A stretch of DNA of 53,503 bases, filler included. It is 4 parts of 4 records of this genome, joined end to end, with 100 filler letters (N's around TTAATTAATTAA, not from the genome) between each part and the next. Parts side by side here need not be neighbours in the genome. Positions count along the whole stretch, not along the records: positions 20,580 to 32,239 come from SRR20825006_3111; positions 32,340 to 53,503 come from SRR20825006_3113; 2 more parts are not named here. The stretch is one strand, 5' to 3'. The notes beneath the pieces were generated by a model. The model had not been told where the DNA came from and ran no database searches. It was given only the letters and a program-made list of their open reading frames with translations. Shown piece after piece: positions 29,697 through 38,394 of the stretch (within the stretch, counting starts at the first letter, position 1; each line of letters opens with the position of its first letter). A program made the position numbers and the translations under genes.

Positions 29697-29717
29697 GTTT
29701 CGCTTCCCGAAGGAGAC
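29697..29717 (+). promoter_or_regulatory. ROSE-type RNA thermometer, SD-sequestering hairpin
   Basis: GUUUC(G)CUU-CCCG-AAGGAGAC: the U(U/C)GCU motif with a bulged G pairs with the AGGAG SD, 4 nt before the hsp20 AUG. Confidence 0.75.
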
Positions 29718-29721
29718 ACCC

Positions 29722-30129
29722 ATGTCACGCATGTCCATTTTCAACAGCCCGTTTCTCCTTGGTTTTGACCAGCTTGAGGACGTGCTCGACAAAGTCTCAA
29801 AAAACGCGGGCGAGGGTTATCCTCCCTATAATATCGAGCATATCAGCGACCATATGATTCGCATCACCCTGGCGGTTGCCGGATTCGACCGTGAAGGGCT
29901 TGATGTCGCCCTTGAAGGCAACCAGCTTATCATTCGCGGCAAACAGGTTGAGGACGACGGCGACCGCGCCTATCTGCACCGCGGCATCGCCGCACGGCAG
30001 TTTGTGCGCAAATTTGTGTTGGCGGACGGCATGGAAGTGGCCGACGCCCATATGGAAAACGGCCTCTTGAACATCGACCTCGAGCGCCCGCAAACGCAGG
30101 AACTGGTCCGCTCGGTCCCGATCCGATAG
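29722..30129 (+). CDS. Small heat-shock protein (Hsp20, IbpA-like)
   Basis: GYPPYNIE, LAVAGF, YLHRGIAARQF...F.LA, NGLL.IDL. Confidence 0.93.
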   Translation: MSRMSIFNSPFLLGFDQLEDVLDKVSKNAGEGYPPYNIEHISDHMIRITLAVAGFDREGLDVALEGNQLIIRGKQVEDDGDRAYLHRGIAARQFVRKFVLADGMEVADAHMENGLLNIDLERPQTQELVRSVPIR

Positions 30130-30136
30130 GGCTGGG

Positions 30137-30556
30137 ATGCGCCAGGCAACTGTAAGGCTGACAGTCGATACCCATGGGGAAGGGCTTTATGAGTTCACCC
30201 GTCAGCTTAAAAGCTGGGTGCAGGATACTGGTATCCATGAGGGCTTGCTGACGGTCTTTATCCGCCACACAAGCGCGTCGCTTACAGTGCAGGAAAATGC
30301 AGACCCGAACGTACAGGTCGATCTGCGTGATGCCTTCGACCGCATTGCCCCCAAAACACCCGGCCTTTATATCCATGACGACGAAGGGCCAGATGATATG
30401 CCCGCCCATATCAAATCGGCGCTGACAGATGTTTCCTTGTCCATCCCCGTCACGGATGGTGCGCCGGCCTTCGGCACATGGCAGGGCATTTATGTGTTTG
30501 AACACCGCACGGCACCGCACCGGCGCACGGTGGTTTGCCACCTGATGGGGGAATAG
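30137..30556 (+). CDS. yjbQ: YjbQ/UPF0047-family protein
   Basis: HTSASL..QENADP.V..DL, H..EGPDDMPAHIK, GTWQGIY.FEHR. Confidence 0.9.
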   Translation: MRQATVRLTVDTHGEGLYEFTRQLKSWVQDTGIHEGLLTVFIRHTSASLTVQENADPNVQVDLRDAFDRIAPKTPGLYIHDDEGPDDMPAHIKSALTDVSLSIPVTDGAPAFGTWQGIYVFEHRTAPHRRTVVCHLMGE

Positions 30557-30601
30557 CACCAGGGAAATCTATACCCACTCCCACGCCATTTTTATCCCAT
30601 A

Positions 30602-30615
30602 TTGACCAATATCAA
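30602..30615. promoter_or_regulatory. FNR/FixK (anaerobox) site
   Basis: TTGAC-CAAT-ATCAA, one mismatch to TTGAT-N4-ATCAA, upstream of the cbb3 oxidase genes. Confidence 0.78.
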
Positions 30616-30672
30616 ATCCAAGCCAAACCATTTGCTTTATGAACCTAGGCATAGTCGGCGCAGAGGTTCGTT

Positions 30673-31404
30673 TTGGAATATTTTGTTACACATTGCCAGA
30701 TCCTGCTTGAGGAACATGGCGGGTTGCTTTTCACCCTGTTTTTAGGCGGGTTGATGGGAAGTGCCACGCACTGCGTTGGCATGTGCGGGCCTTTTGTTGT
30801 GGCACAAACCGCCCATTTGCCGACGGGCGGCACCATGATGCAACGCGCGCGCGGCTTTGCGCTTATACCTTATCATCTGGGACGAATGACCACGTATGTG
30901 GCCCTCGGCGTGATGGCCGCCAGCCTCTCAGGTCTTGTGTTCTCGGTGCCCATACAGCGCAGCATCGCCTTTGTGCTTCTGAGCCTTGCCGGGCTTCTCT
31001 TTCTCCTGAGTGCTGTACCCAGCCTGAAAGCCAAGGCGGTGATGCCTTTCTGGCACAAGGGTGTCGCGCGTTTTGGGCACAAGGTGGGGCGTATTGCCAA
31101 GCCGTTTTTCAAGGGCGCCACGCCGCTTTATCGTTATGCCCTTGGCATCACACTCGGGTTTTTGCCCTGCGGCCTTCTGGCTGCTGCCTTAATGGCGGTT
31201 GCAGCCACTGCAAGCCCGCTATCAGCTGCTGCCGGTATGGCGGCTTTTTGTGTGGGCACCATGCCCGCGCTTTTCCTTTCCGGCATCGGTGGGCGTTTTG
31301 CGCTTCGCCGGTTGCCTATTCAATTTGAGACGCTCGCACAGGGCGTGATGGTTTTTAACGGGCTCAGCCTCTTCGCCATCGCTGGGGGCATGATGTTACC
31401 ATGA
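30673..31404 (+). CDS. TauE/SafE-DsbD_2-like membrane protein associated with cbb3 oxidase assembly
   Basis: [21 protein letters not shown] and F..GT.P motifs. Directly upstream of ccoN. Confidence 0.82.
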   Translation: MEYFVTHCQILLEEHGGLLFTLFLGGLMGSATHCVGMCGPFVVAQTAHLPTGGTMMQRARGFALIPYHLGRMTTYVALGVMAASLSGLVFSVPIQRSIAFVLLSLAGLLFLLSAVPSLKAKAVMPFWHKGVARFGHKVGRIAKPFFKGATPLYRYALGITLGFLPCGLLAAALMAVAATASPLSAAAGMAAFCVGTMPALFLSGIGGRFALRRLPIQFETLAQGVMVFNGLSLFAIAGGMMLP

Positions 31405-31435
31405 AATATGCCAAAAAAAATGTAGGTGCAGGTCA

Positions 31436-32239
31436 ATGACTACTCTTGCTGACAAACCAAATTATAACGACGAGATCGTGAAGCTCTTCACGATCGCCAC
31501 CATTTTCTGGGGCGTGGTAGGCTTTACTGTGGGCGTGTTTATCGCGTTACAGATGGCTTTTCCCGGCCTGAACTTCGGTGAATATCTCACCTTTGGCAGG
31601 TTACGGCCGGTGCATACATCCGCCGTTATCTTTGCCTTTGGCGGGAACGCACTGTTTGCCACCAGCTATTTTGTTGTGCAGCGAACCTGCCGCACACGGC
31701 TGTGGGGCGATAACGTGGCAACCTTCACATTCTGGGGCTATCAGGCCTTTATCGTGATGGCGGCGCTTGGCTATGTGCTTGGGGTCACCCAGGCCAAGGA
31801 ATATGCCGAACCAGAATGGTACGCCGACCTATGGCTAACCTTCGTGTGGGTGGCTTACCTCGTTGTTTTCATGATGACGCTGAAGAACCGGCGCGAACCG
31901 CACATCTATGTGGCCAACTGGTTCTATCTCTCGTTTATCGTCACTGTTGCCGTGCTGCACCTCGGCAACAATATCGCCATTCCGGTATCCTTCACGGAAG
32001 TGAAAAGCTACCCAATGTGGGGCGGTGTGCAGTCGGCACTTATCCAGTGGTGGTACGGCCACAATGCCGTGGGCTTTTTCCTCACCGCCGGTTTCCTTGG
32101 CATCATGTATTATTTTGTGCCCAAACGCGCAGAACGCCCGGTCTACAGCTACCGACTTTCCATCCTGCACTTCTGGTCGCTGATCTTCATCTATATATGG
32201 GCGGGGCCACACCACCTGCATTACACCGCCCTGCCTGAT
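31436..32239 (+). CDS. ccoN: cbb3-type cytochrome c oxidase subunit I, 3'-truncated
   Basis: [55 protein letters not shown]. Confidence 0.97.
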
Positions 32240-32339
32240 NNNNNNNNNNNNNNNNNNNNNNNNNNNNNNNNNNNNNNNNNNNNTTAATTAATTAANNNNN
32301 NNNNNNNNNNNNNNNNNNNNNNNNNNNNNNNNNNNNNNN
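32240..32339. other. Artificial contig spacer
   Basis: N44-TTAATTAATTAA-N44. Confidence 0.98.
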
Positions 32340-32694
32340 CTGACCGATTTTTTAACAGTTCTGAGAGCTAAAAATCTTCGGTTTTTTGGACTGTAAAAGT
32401 GCTTGGATTTTAAACCTTAACATTTACAAATTACGCACTTAAGATTCTGTCTTTCAGTATTTTAAAAAGTTTTCAAAAGAATCGTTGATAAATCGTTGAA
32501 AACCTTTTGAGCCACACTTCAAATTGTATTGAACAAAATTTAAACTTTACAAGTAGTTAAAAGATACTCACACTCAATTTTTTAGTTGCCTGTTTTTAAG
32601 ACGGGTGTCGGCTTTTTAGTCGGTGCTGACGTGAGGATTTTTGACTTCAATTTTTACGATATAAGCGTTTCAATAGACATTTTAAGGAGATATC

Positions 32695-33978
32695 ATGAGT
32701 TCACAAGAGATTAAAAAAATTATCAAAAGGGATTACAGCACGGCACCTTTTGTATTAGAAAAAATTACGAATGCGATAAGCAATGCGATGGCAGCTTTAG
32801 GACACGGGTCTGAGCAAGATGCTAAATTGATCTCAATGCAGGTGTATGAGGCTTTGTTGATCAATAAAGACAGTGAAGCAGACTATATCCCAACGGTAGA
32901 GCAAGTGCAGGATATGGTTGAAGAAAAGCTGATGAGCAGTGAATTTCATGATGTGGCTAAAGCGTATATCATCTACCGTAACAAACGTGCGATGGAGCGC
33001 AAAACCAATATTTTTGAGAAGCGCATTAACCTTAAACCATACGAGTACCCAGAGCTGAATGAATATGTTGCTGCGATTAGACACTCTTATTGGATTCATA
33101 CCGAATTTAATTTCACCAGCGATATCCAGGATTTTAAAACCGGTCTAAGCGAAGTAGAGCGTAGCGCGATCAAAAACACGATGCTTGCTATTTCTCAGAT
33201 CGAAGTTGCAGTGAAAACCTTCTGGGGAGATGTGCACCATCGTTTACCAAAACCTGAGATCGCGGCTGTAGGGGCGACCTTTGCAGAAAGTGAAGTAAGA
33301 CATCACGATGCCTATTCCCACCTGCTTGAGATTTTAGGCCTTAACGAAGAGTTTAAAGAGCTTAAAAAGAAGCCGGTAATCATGAAGCGTGTGCACTATT
33401 TAGAGACTTCGCTCAAGCACGCTAAAAGTGATGATGATAGAGAATACACAGAGTCTATTTTGCTCTTTGCTTTGTTTATTGAGCACGTATCGCTGTTCTC
33501 TCAATTCTTGATCATTATGGCGTTCAACAAGCATAAAAATATGCTTAAGGGAATTTCTAATGCAGTAGAAGCGACTTCAAAAGAAGAGCAGATTCACGGA
33601 GATTTTGGTGTAGATATCATCAACATCATCAAGAAAGAAAATCCAGAGTGGTTTGATGAAGACCACAACAACTTGATCAAGGACATGTGCTTGAGATCAT
33701 TTGAGGCAGAAAGCAAAGTGGTAGATTGGATTTTTGAAAAAGGCGAACTAGACTTCTTACCAAAAGCAGTGATCAATGAGTTTGTTAAAAACAGATTCAA
33801 CAAATCGCTTGAAGCCATCGGTCTTGATAAACTCTTTGATATCGATGAAGCATTACTTCAGGAAACCGAATGGTTTGATGATGAAATTATAGGAACCAAG
33901 CACGGCGATTTCTTCGTAAAACGCTCGATCAATTATAGCAAAAGAACACAAAGTATAACCAGTGACGATTTATTTTAA
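32695..33978 (+). CDS. nrdB: Ribonucleotide reductase beta subunit (class Id type) with N-terminal ATP cone
   Basis: First ~100 aa form an ATP cone (IIKRD...F..EKI..AI..A...VEQVQDMVEEKLM...VAKAYIIYR). The R2 core has QIEVAVK, ESEVRH..AY, IEHVSLFSQF and KEEQIH. Confidence 0.95.
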   Translation: MSSQEIKKIIKRDYSTAPFVLEKITNAISNAMAALGHGSEQDAKLISMQVYEALLINKDSEADYIPTVEQVQDMVEEKLMSSEFHDVAKAYIIYRNKRAMERKTNIFEKRINLKPYEYPELNEYVAAIRHSYWIHTEFNFTSDIQDFKTGLSEVERSAIKNTMLAISQIEVAVKTFWGDVHHRLPKPEIAAVGATFAESEVRHHDAYSHLLEILGLNEEFKELKKKPVIMKRVHYLETSLKHAKSDDDREYTESILLFALFIEHVSLFSQFLIIMAFNKHKNMLKGISNAVEATSKEEQIHGDFGVDIINIIKKENPEWFDEDHNNLIKDMCLRSFEAESKVVDWIFEKGELDFLPKAVINEFVKNRFNKSLEAIGLDKLFDIDEALLQETEWFDDEIIGTKHGDFFVKRSINYSKRTQSITSDDLF

Positions 33979-33981
33979 GCC

Positions 33982-35787
33982 ATGAGAGAAAACACTACAG
34001 ATTTCCAAAACACAACAGAGACCCAAGTTCAACCTTCAAAAGAAAGCGATCTTTTAAAAGCACGTCGTGACGCATTGCACGATGCTACCGAAAAGACCGA
34101 AGAAACAGAAGGATCATTTAAATGGCTTACAGAGCACAGCCGTAGCTTTTTAGCGGCAGGTTACCTTTCTGAAGGGGTGAGCGCAGAAGAGCGTATACGT
34201 GAGATTGCAGATCGTGCTGAAGAGATTTTAGAAATGCCTGGTTTTTCAGATAAGTTCTACAAATATATGGGCGAAGGCTATTTCTCATTGGCTTCTCCGG
34301 TTTGGTCAAACTTTGGTAAAAAGCGTGGTCTCCCTATCAGTTGTTTTGGGTCGCATATCGATGATGATATGGGTAACATTCTATACACACAGTCTGAGGT
34401 GGGTATGATGTCAAAACTTGGTGGTGGTACTTCTGGGTATTTTGGAAAAATTCGTCATCGTGGTGCTGCGGTGAAGAACAATGGTTATGCAAGTGGAGCG
34501 GTACACATCATGCAACTGTTTGATAAGATGGTTGATGTAGTGAGTCAAGGTTCTGTGCGTCGTGGTAGATTCTCTCCTTATTTGCCAATCAGTCACCCGG
34601 ATATCAAAGAATTCTTAGAGATTGGTACCGAAGGGAACTCGATTCAGCAATTGACACACGGGGTTACTGTAGACAGCACTTGGATGCAGGAGATGATCGA
34701 TGGAGATACAGATAAGCGTGAGGTTTGGGCCAAAGTATTACAGCGTCGTGGCGAGATGGGTTATCCGTATATTTTCTATACCGATAATGCAAACAACGGA
34801 AAACCGGATGTTTATAAAGATAAAGGGCACGATATTTACGCAAGTAACCTTTGTACTGAGATCATGTTACCTTCTAGTGATGAGTGGTCTTTTGTATGTG
34901 TACTTTCTTCAATAAACGTATTGCATTATGATAAGTGGAAGAATACAGATGCTGTAGAAACTATGGTGTGCTTCCTTGATGCAGTACTTACCGAATTTAT
35001 AGACAAACTTGAAGAGTATCGTGATTCAGATAATCGCGATCATCGCCAGACTTTCATGTTTATGGAGCGTGCATATAACTTCGCAAAATCAAACAGAGCT
35101 TTAGGTCTAGGAGTATTAGGATGGCACTCGTTACTTCAGTCTAAGAGACACGCGTTTGATAGCCAAGAAGCTTACGACCTGAATAGTGAGATCTTTAGAG
35201 AGATCAAGCAACGTTCCTATAAAGCTTCAGAAGAACTTGCAGAGAAGTTTGGTGAGCCTGAAGTTTTAAAAGGCTACGGAAGACGTAACGCAACGCTTAA
35301 TGCTATTGCACCTACTACTTCTTCAGCATTTATTTTAGGACAGGTTTCTCAAGGTATCGAGCCGATCTGGTCTAATGTGTATGTAAAAGATATCGCTAAG
35401 ATTAAGACGACCATCAAAAATCCATTCTTAGAAGAGCTTTTTGAAGAAAAAGGTATGAATACTCCAGAAGTGTGGAGAAGCGTACGTGATAACGACGGTA
35501 GCGTTCAGCATCTTGAATTCTTAACGGAGCAGGAAAAAGACGTATTTAAAACCTATGCAGAGATCGATCAGATGGCGATCATTTATCAAGCTGCAAACAG
35601 ACAAAACCATATTGATCAAGGACAATCAATAAACCTTTTAGTGCATCCTGATATGCCTATTAAGGAGATCAATAAAATTCATATCACCGCCTGGAAACTA
35701 GGTTTGAAGTCGCTTTACTATCAGCACAGTATGAATGCTGCGCAGAAGTTTAAGCAGAAAAAAGAGTGTGTAAGCTGTGAAGCTTAA
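33982..35787 (+). CDS. nrdA: Ribonucleotide reductase alpha subunit lacking an ATP cone
   Basis: PISCF, SNLCTEI (thiyl Cys), APTTSS, KSLYY and C-terminal CVSC. Only 601 aa. Confidence 0.95.
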   Translation: MRENTTDFQNTTETQVQPSKESDLLKARRDALHDATEKTEETEGSFKWLTEHSRSFLAAGYLSEGVSAEERIREIADRAEEILEMPGFSDKFYKYMGEGYFSLASPVWSNFGKKRGLPISCFGSHIDDDMGNILYTQSEVGMMSKLGGGTSGYFGKIRHRGAAVKNNGYASGAVHIMQLFDKMVDVVSQGSVRRGRFSPYLPISHPDIKEFLEIGTEGNSIQQLTHGVTVDSTWMQEMIDGDTDKREVWAKVLQRRGEMGYPYIFYTDNANNGKPDVYKDKGHDIYASNLCTEIMLPSSDEWSFVCVLSSINVLHYDKWKNTDAVETMVCFLDAVLTEFIDKLEEYRDSDNRDHRQTFMFMERAYNFAKSNRALGLGVLGWHSLLQSKRHAFDSQEAYDLNSEIFREIKQRSYKASEELAEKFGEPEVLKGYGRRNATLNAIAPTTSSAFILGQVSQGIEPIWSNVYVKDIAKIKTTIKNPFLEELFEEKGMNTPEVWRSVRDNDGSVQHLEFLTEQEKDVFKTYAEIDQMAIIYQAANRQNHIDQGQSINLLVHPDMPIKEINKIHITAWKLGLKSLYYQHSMNAAQKFKQKKECVSCEA

Positions 35788-35802
35788 CTAATTGAAGCAA
35801 CT

Positions 35803-35832
35803 AAAAAACCCGCCAATTGGCGGGTTTTTTTT
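35803..35832. terminator. Bidirectional intrinsic terminator
   Basis: AAAAAACCCGCC-AATT-GGCGGGTTTTTTTT between convergent genes. Confidence 0.9.
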
Positions 35833-35963
35833 ATATAGATTTTTTAGTGTTTTATACCGTAACTGAATAGAAAAACTTAATGTTGATAAGCTCGAAACAT
35901 TGAATTTACTCGACGATCTTAATATAAGTGGAGGTTTAGGCTTTGCTATCTTGTTTTATCTGC

Positions 35964-36950
35964 CTAAAAACCAGTAATCTCAAATTCTATATACTTAAAT
36001 GTGCTTAGATTATAAGTCGTATTTGTGTAGACATAACCGTAGTAATACGTGCCATTCTCCCAGGCCTTATTTCCCGTTACGGGATTAGAATTTGGTAAGT
36101 TGTTATCTGTGTCTGCACCTATTTTGTACGCAGCGCCATACATATAATGATTATTGAAGTTTGTGTTATAACTATTTTGAAATGCTCTAATTTCTTCATA
36201 ATCTGAGTGTTTTTTCACATCAGTAACAATGGTTTTCGAGAAATCTATGTCTTCAACCGTTTCGGGTTTGTGATCAAAGCTCTTTTTGATCAATAAACCA
36301 TACATGATTCCATCGCCTTTTATATTACCAATTTGAACTGATGCCCAGATAGATTCATCCTTTCTAAATGAGGGGTTTTCAGTGTTTCTAAACTCCCCGT
36401 TGTTATAGAAGTTATTGAAGCCTCCTTTTCCATCTACGTCAATTTTGTCTACTCCAAAAGCGCTTACGTGTGGGAAAACATCAGGATAGTCTTCAATGTC
36501 AATCAAGCTGATCTTCCTTGTTTCCTCCAGACTCGTCCCGTTCATATCCTCAACGGTAATTTTAAAATCGTAGAGCCCTTTAGGAGCCTCTTCAGGAATG
36601 TCAAAATGTCGATGTAGCGTTGCGTTCTTTAATCCTGCGATTCTTTCAGTAAAAATCACTTCAAGCGTCCACTCATCTTCATAGGTTTCCTCATCCCTCT
36701 GTACAATGTTTATTCTAACAGCTTGAAGAAGGTCGCCTGCTAAAACTTCGGCATTAAAATGGAAATCACCGCCAACAACACCAATTTCATTATTGTGAAG
36801 ACCAACTTCAATATCTGAAATGGTAGGCTCTGGTTTAGGACCTTCTATATTAGTTTCGTCCTCACTACACGAGGTAATCATCAGGCTAAAAAAAGCTGAA
36901 AAAAGGAAAAGGATAATTCTCGTTATAAAGTGTTGATTTATAATCTTCAT
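35964..36950 (-). CDS. DUF4625-like lipoprotein with an extra C-terminal domain
   Basis: Lipobox ITS-C, GGDFHFNAEV.AG, LHRHFDIPEEAPKGLY.F.I.V.D.NG. Confidence 0.72.
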   Translation of the reverse strand: MKIINQHFITRIILFLFSAFFSLMITSCSEDETNIEGPKPEPTISDIEVGLHNNEIGVVGGDFHFNAEVLAGDLLQAVRINIVQRDEETYEDEWTLEVIFTERIAGLKNATLHRHFDIPEEAPKGLYDFKITVEDMNGTSLEETRKISLIDIEDYPDVFPHVSAFGVDKIDVDGKGGFNNFYNNGEFRNTENPSFRKDESIWASVQIGNIKGDGIMYGLLIKKSFDHKPETVEDIDFSKTIVTDVKKHSDYEEIRAFQNSYNTNFNNHYMYGAAYKIGADTDNNLPNSNPVTGNKAWENGTYYYGYVYTNTTYNLSTFKYIEFEITGF

Positions 36951-36961
36951 TTTTGTTTATG

Positions 36962-37438
36962 CTAATCTGTTATTTTAATATCTATGGAGGTCCTGCTTTG
37001 CCATCCGGTTTCATCGGTAACAGAATATGCACAGTGGTAATCGCCGGTGTCAATATCTTCAGGAATGCTCACTTCAATTTGAATTTCATATTCCGTAGGT
37101 CTGTTATCTAAACTGAAGTTTTCCATGTAGATCAACGGGTTTACCGCAGTTTTTACGGGTTCCAGATCACAAGTAGCCCCTTGGTCGTCGTGTGTGTGAT
37201 GGTCAAAGTTATGATGTAAATCAAGGCTGTATGAAGCCAGTGCGAGATTGTCTGTTACTCTTGCAGTAAAGGTGTAAGTCTCCCCACGCTGTAGGGTTTC
37301 ACAACCTTGCGGAAAACCGGCACTGTAGTCTACTGTAATGGTTGGTCGTTCTTCATCTCTAACCGAATCATTATCTGACGAACACGATGCGATAAAAAGA
37401 CTGCCAAAAATGAGTGTTATTAAAGCTATTCTTTTCAT
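36962..37438 (-). CDS. His-rich DUF4625-like lipoprotein
   Basis: Lipobox IAS-C, DNLALASYSLDLHHNFDHHTHD, IPEDIDTGDYH...VTD.TGW. Confidence 0.8.
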   Translation of the reverse strand: MKRIALITLIFGSLFIASCSSDNDSVRDEERPTITVDYSAGFPQGCETLQRGETYTFTARVTDNLALASYSLDLHHNFDHHTHDDQGATCDLEPVKTAVNPLIYMENFSLDNRPTEYEIQIEVSIPEDIDTGDYHCAYSVTDETGWQSRTSIDIKITD

Positions 37439-37536
37439 AAAAATTTATTTTTTCTCAATGATTGAGTAAGGTTTACTGAGCATAAGCTCAGGCTAATGCT
37501 ATGTGTGGCTCAAAGCCACAAAAGCGATTAAAAACT

Positions 37537-37563
37537 AAATGCCTGCAACACGCAGGCATTTAA
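37537..37563. terminator. Intra-operon hairpin after the first lipoprotein gene
   Basis: AAATGCCTGC-AACAC-GCAGGCATTT. Confidence 0.5.
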
Positions 37564-37575
37564 TTTTAATACAGT

Positions 37576-38352
37576 TTAGGCAGTCACGTCAAGATGCGTG
37601 TCAATTTCAGAGATGTTACCTTCTTCATCTTCAATAGTGATAACCATGTGGTATTCACCTACTGGCGCAGTAGCAGGAACATCAATATGCTCGTGAAATT
37701 CTACTGAAGTTTCCCCGTGGTAACCTTCTTCAAAAATTTGCTCAAAATCCCATTCTGCTTCACCTTCTCCTACGGTGAGTCCGTGCGCGTGAATGTCAAC
37801 GGTGATGTTGTGTACTCCGTGTACCGCTTCGATCAAAAATTCAGCGTGAAAATCAGAACCGCGCGCTACGCTTTCATCAATTGAAAGATTGCTGGTAGTA
37901 ACAGGATCTAATACTTGAATGTGACCTTCAACTTCTGTGCTGTTTCCGTTAGTATCAGTAACAGTCAGTGTGATGTGGTATTCTCCCGCCGGAGCTGTAG
38001 CAGGAACATCTACGTGCTCGTGAAAAGTAGGGTTGATTACCAGATAGCTTTCATCTGTAAATTCTTGCTCAAAATGCCATTCTTCTTCGCCTTCACCAAC
38101 TTCAAGGTCGTGTGCGTGAATGTCTAAAGCAATACTGCTTACAGTAGCTTCTGCAACGATCTCTGCTTCTAAGTGAATGTCAGAACCTTTGTAAGCTACC
38201 TGCTCATCGCCGTGCGTGCTTCCTTCTCCAAACTCAAAATTTGAGATGAGAGGAGCTTCTTCTACAATGACATCGGTGTCATCATCACTACACGAGCTTA
38301 AAGTAATACCCGCAAGTACAAATAGTGCTAAGTGTTTCATGTTTAGTTTCAT
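37576..38352 (-). CDS. His-rich lipoprotein with two tandem DUF4625-like domains
   Basis: Lipobox LSS-C, two copies of GSD.H.E...DIHAH.L.VGEGE.EW.FEQ.F...FHEH.DVPATAP.GEYH. Confidence 0.8.
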   Translation of the reverse strand: MKLNMKHLALFVLAGITLSSCSDDDTDVIVEEAPLISNFEFGEGSTHGDEQVAYKGSDIHLEAEIVAEATVSSIALDIHAHDLEVGEGEEEWHFEQEFTDESYLVINPTFHEHVDVPATAPAGEYHITLTVTDTNGNSTEVEGHIQVLDPVTTSNLSIDESVARGSDFHAEFLIEAVHGVHNITVDIHAHGLTVGEGEAEWDFEQIFEEGYHGETSVEFHEHIDVPATAPVGEYHMVITIEDEEGNISEIDTHLDVTA

Positions 38353-38394
38353 AAAATTTAGATTTAGTGTTTATTGATTAATTAATAAAAGAGT

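Noticed and set aside
32340-32694. Cobalamin riboswitch or NrdR boxes upstream of nrdB
   Set aside because: No B12-box and no NrdR-box consensus visible.
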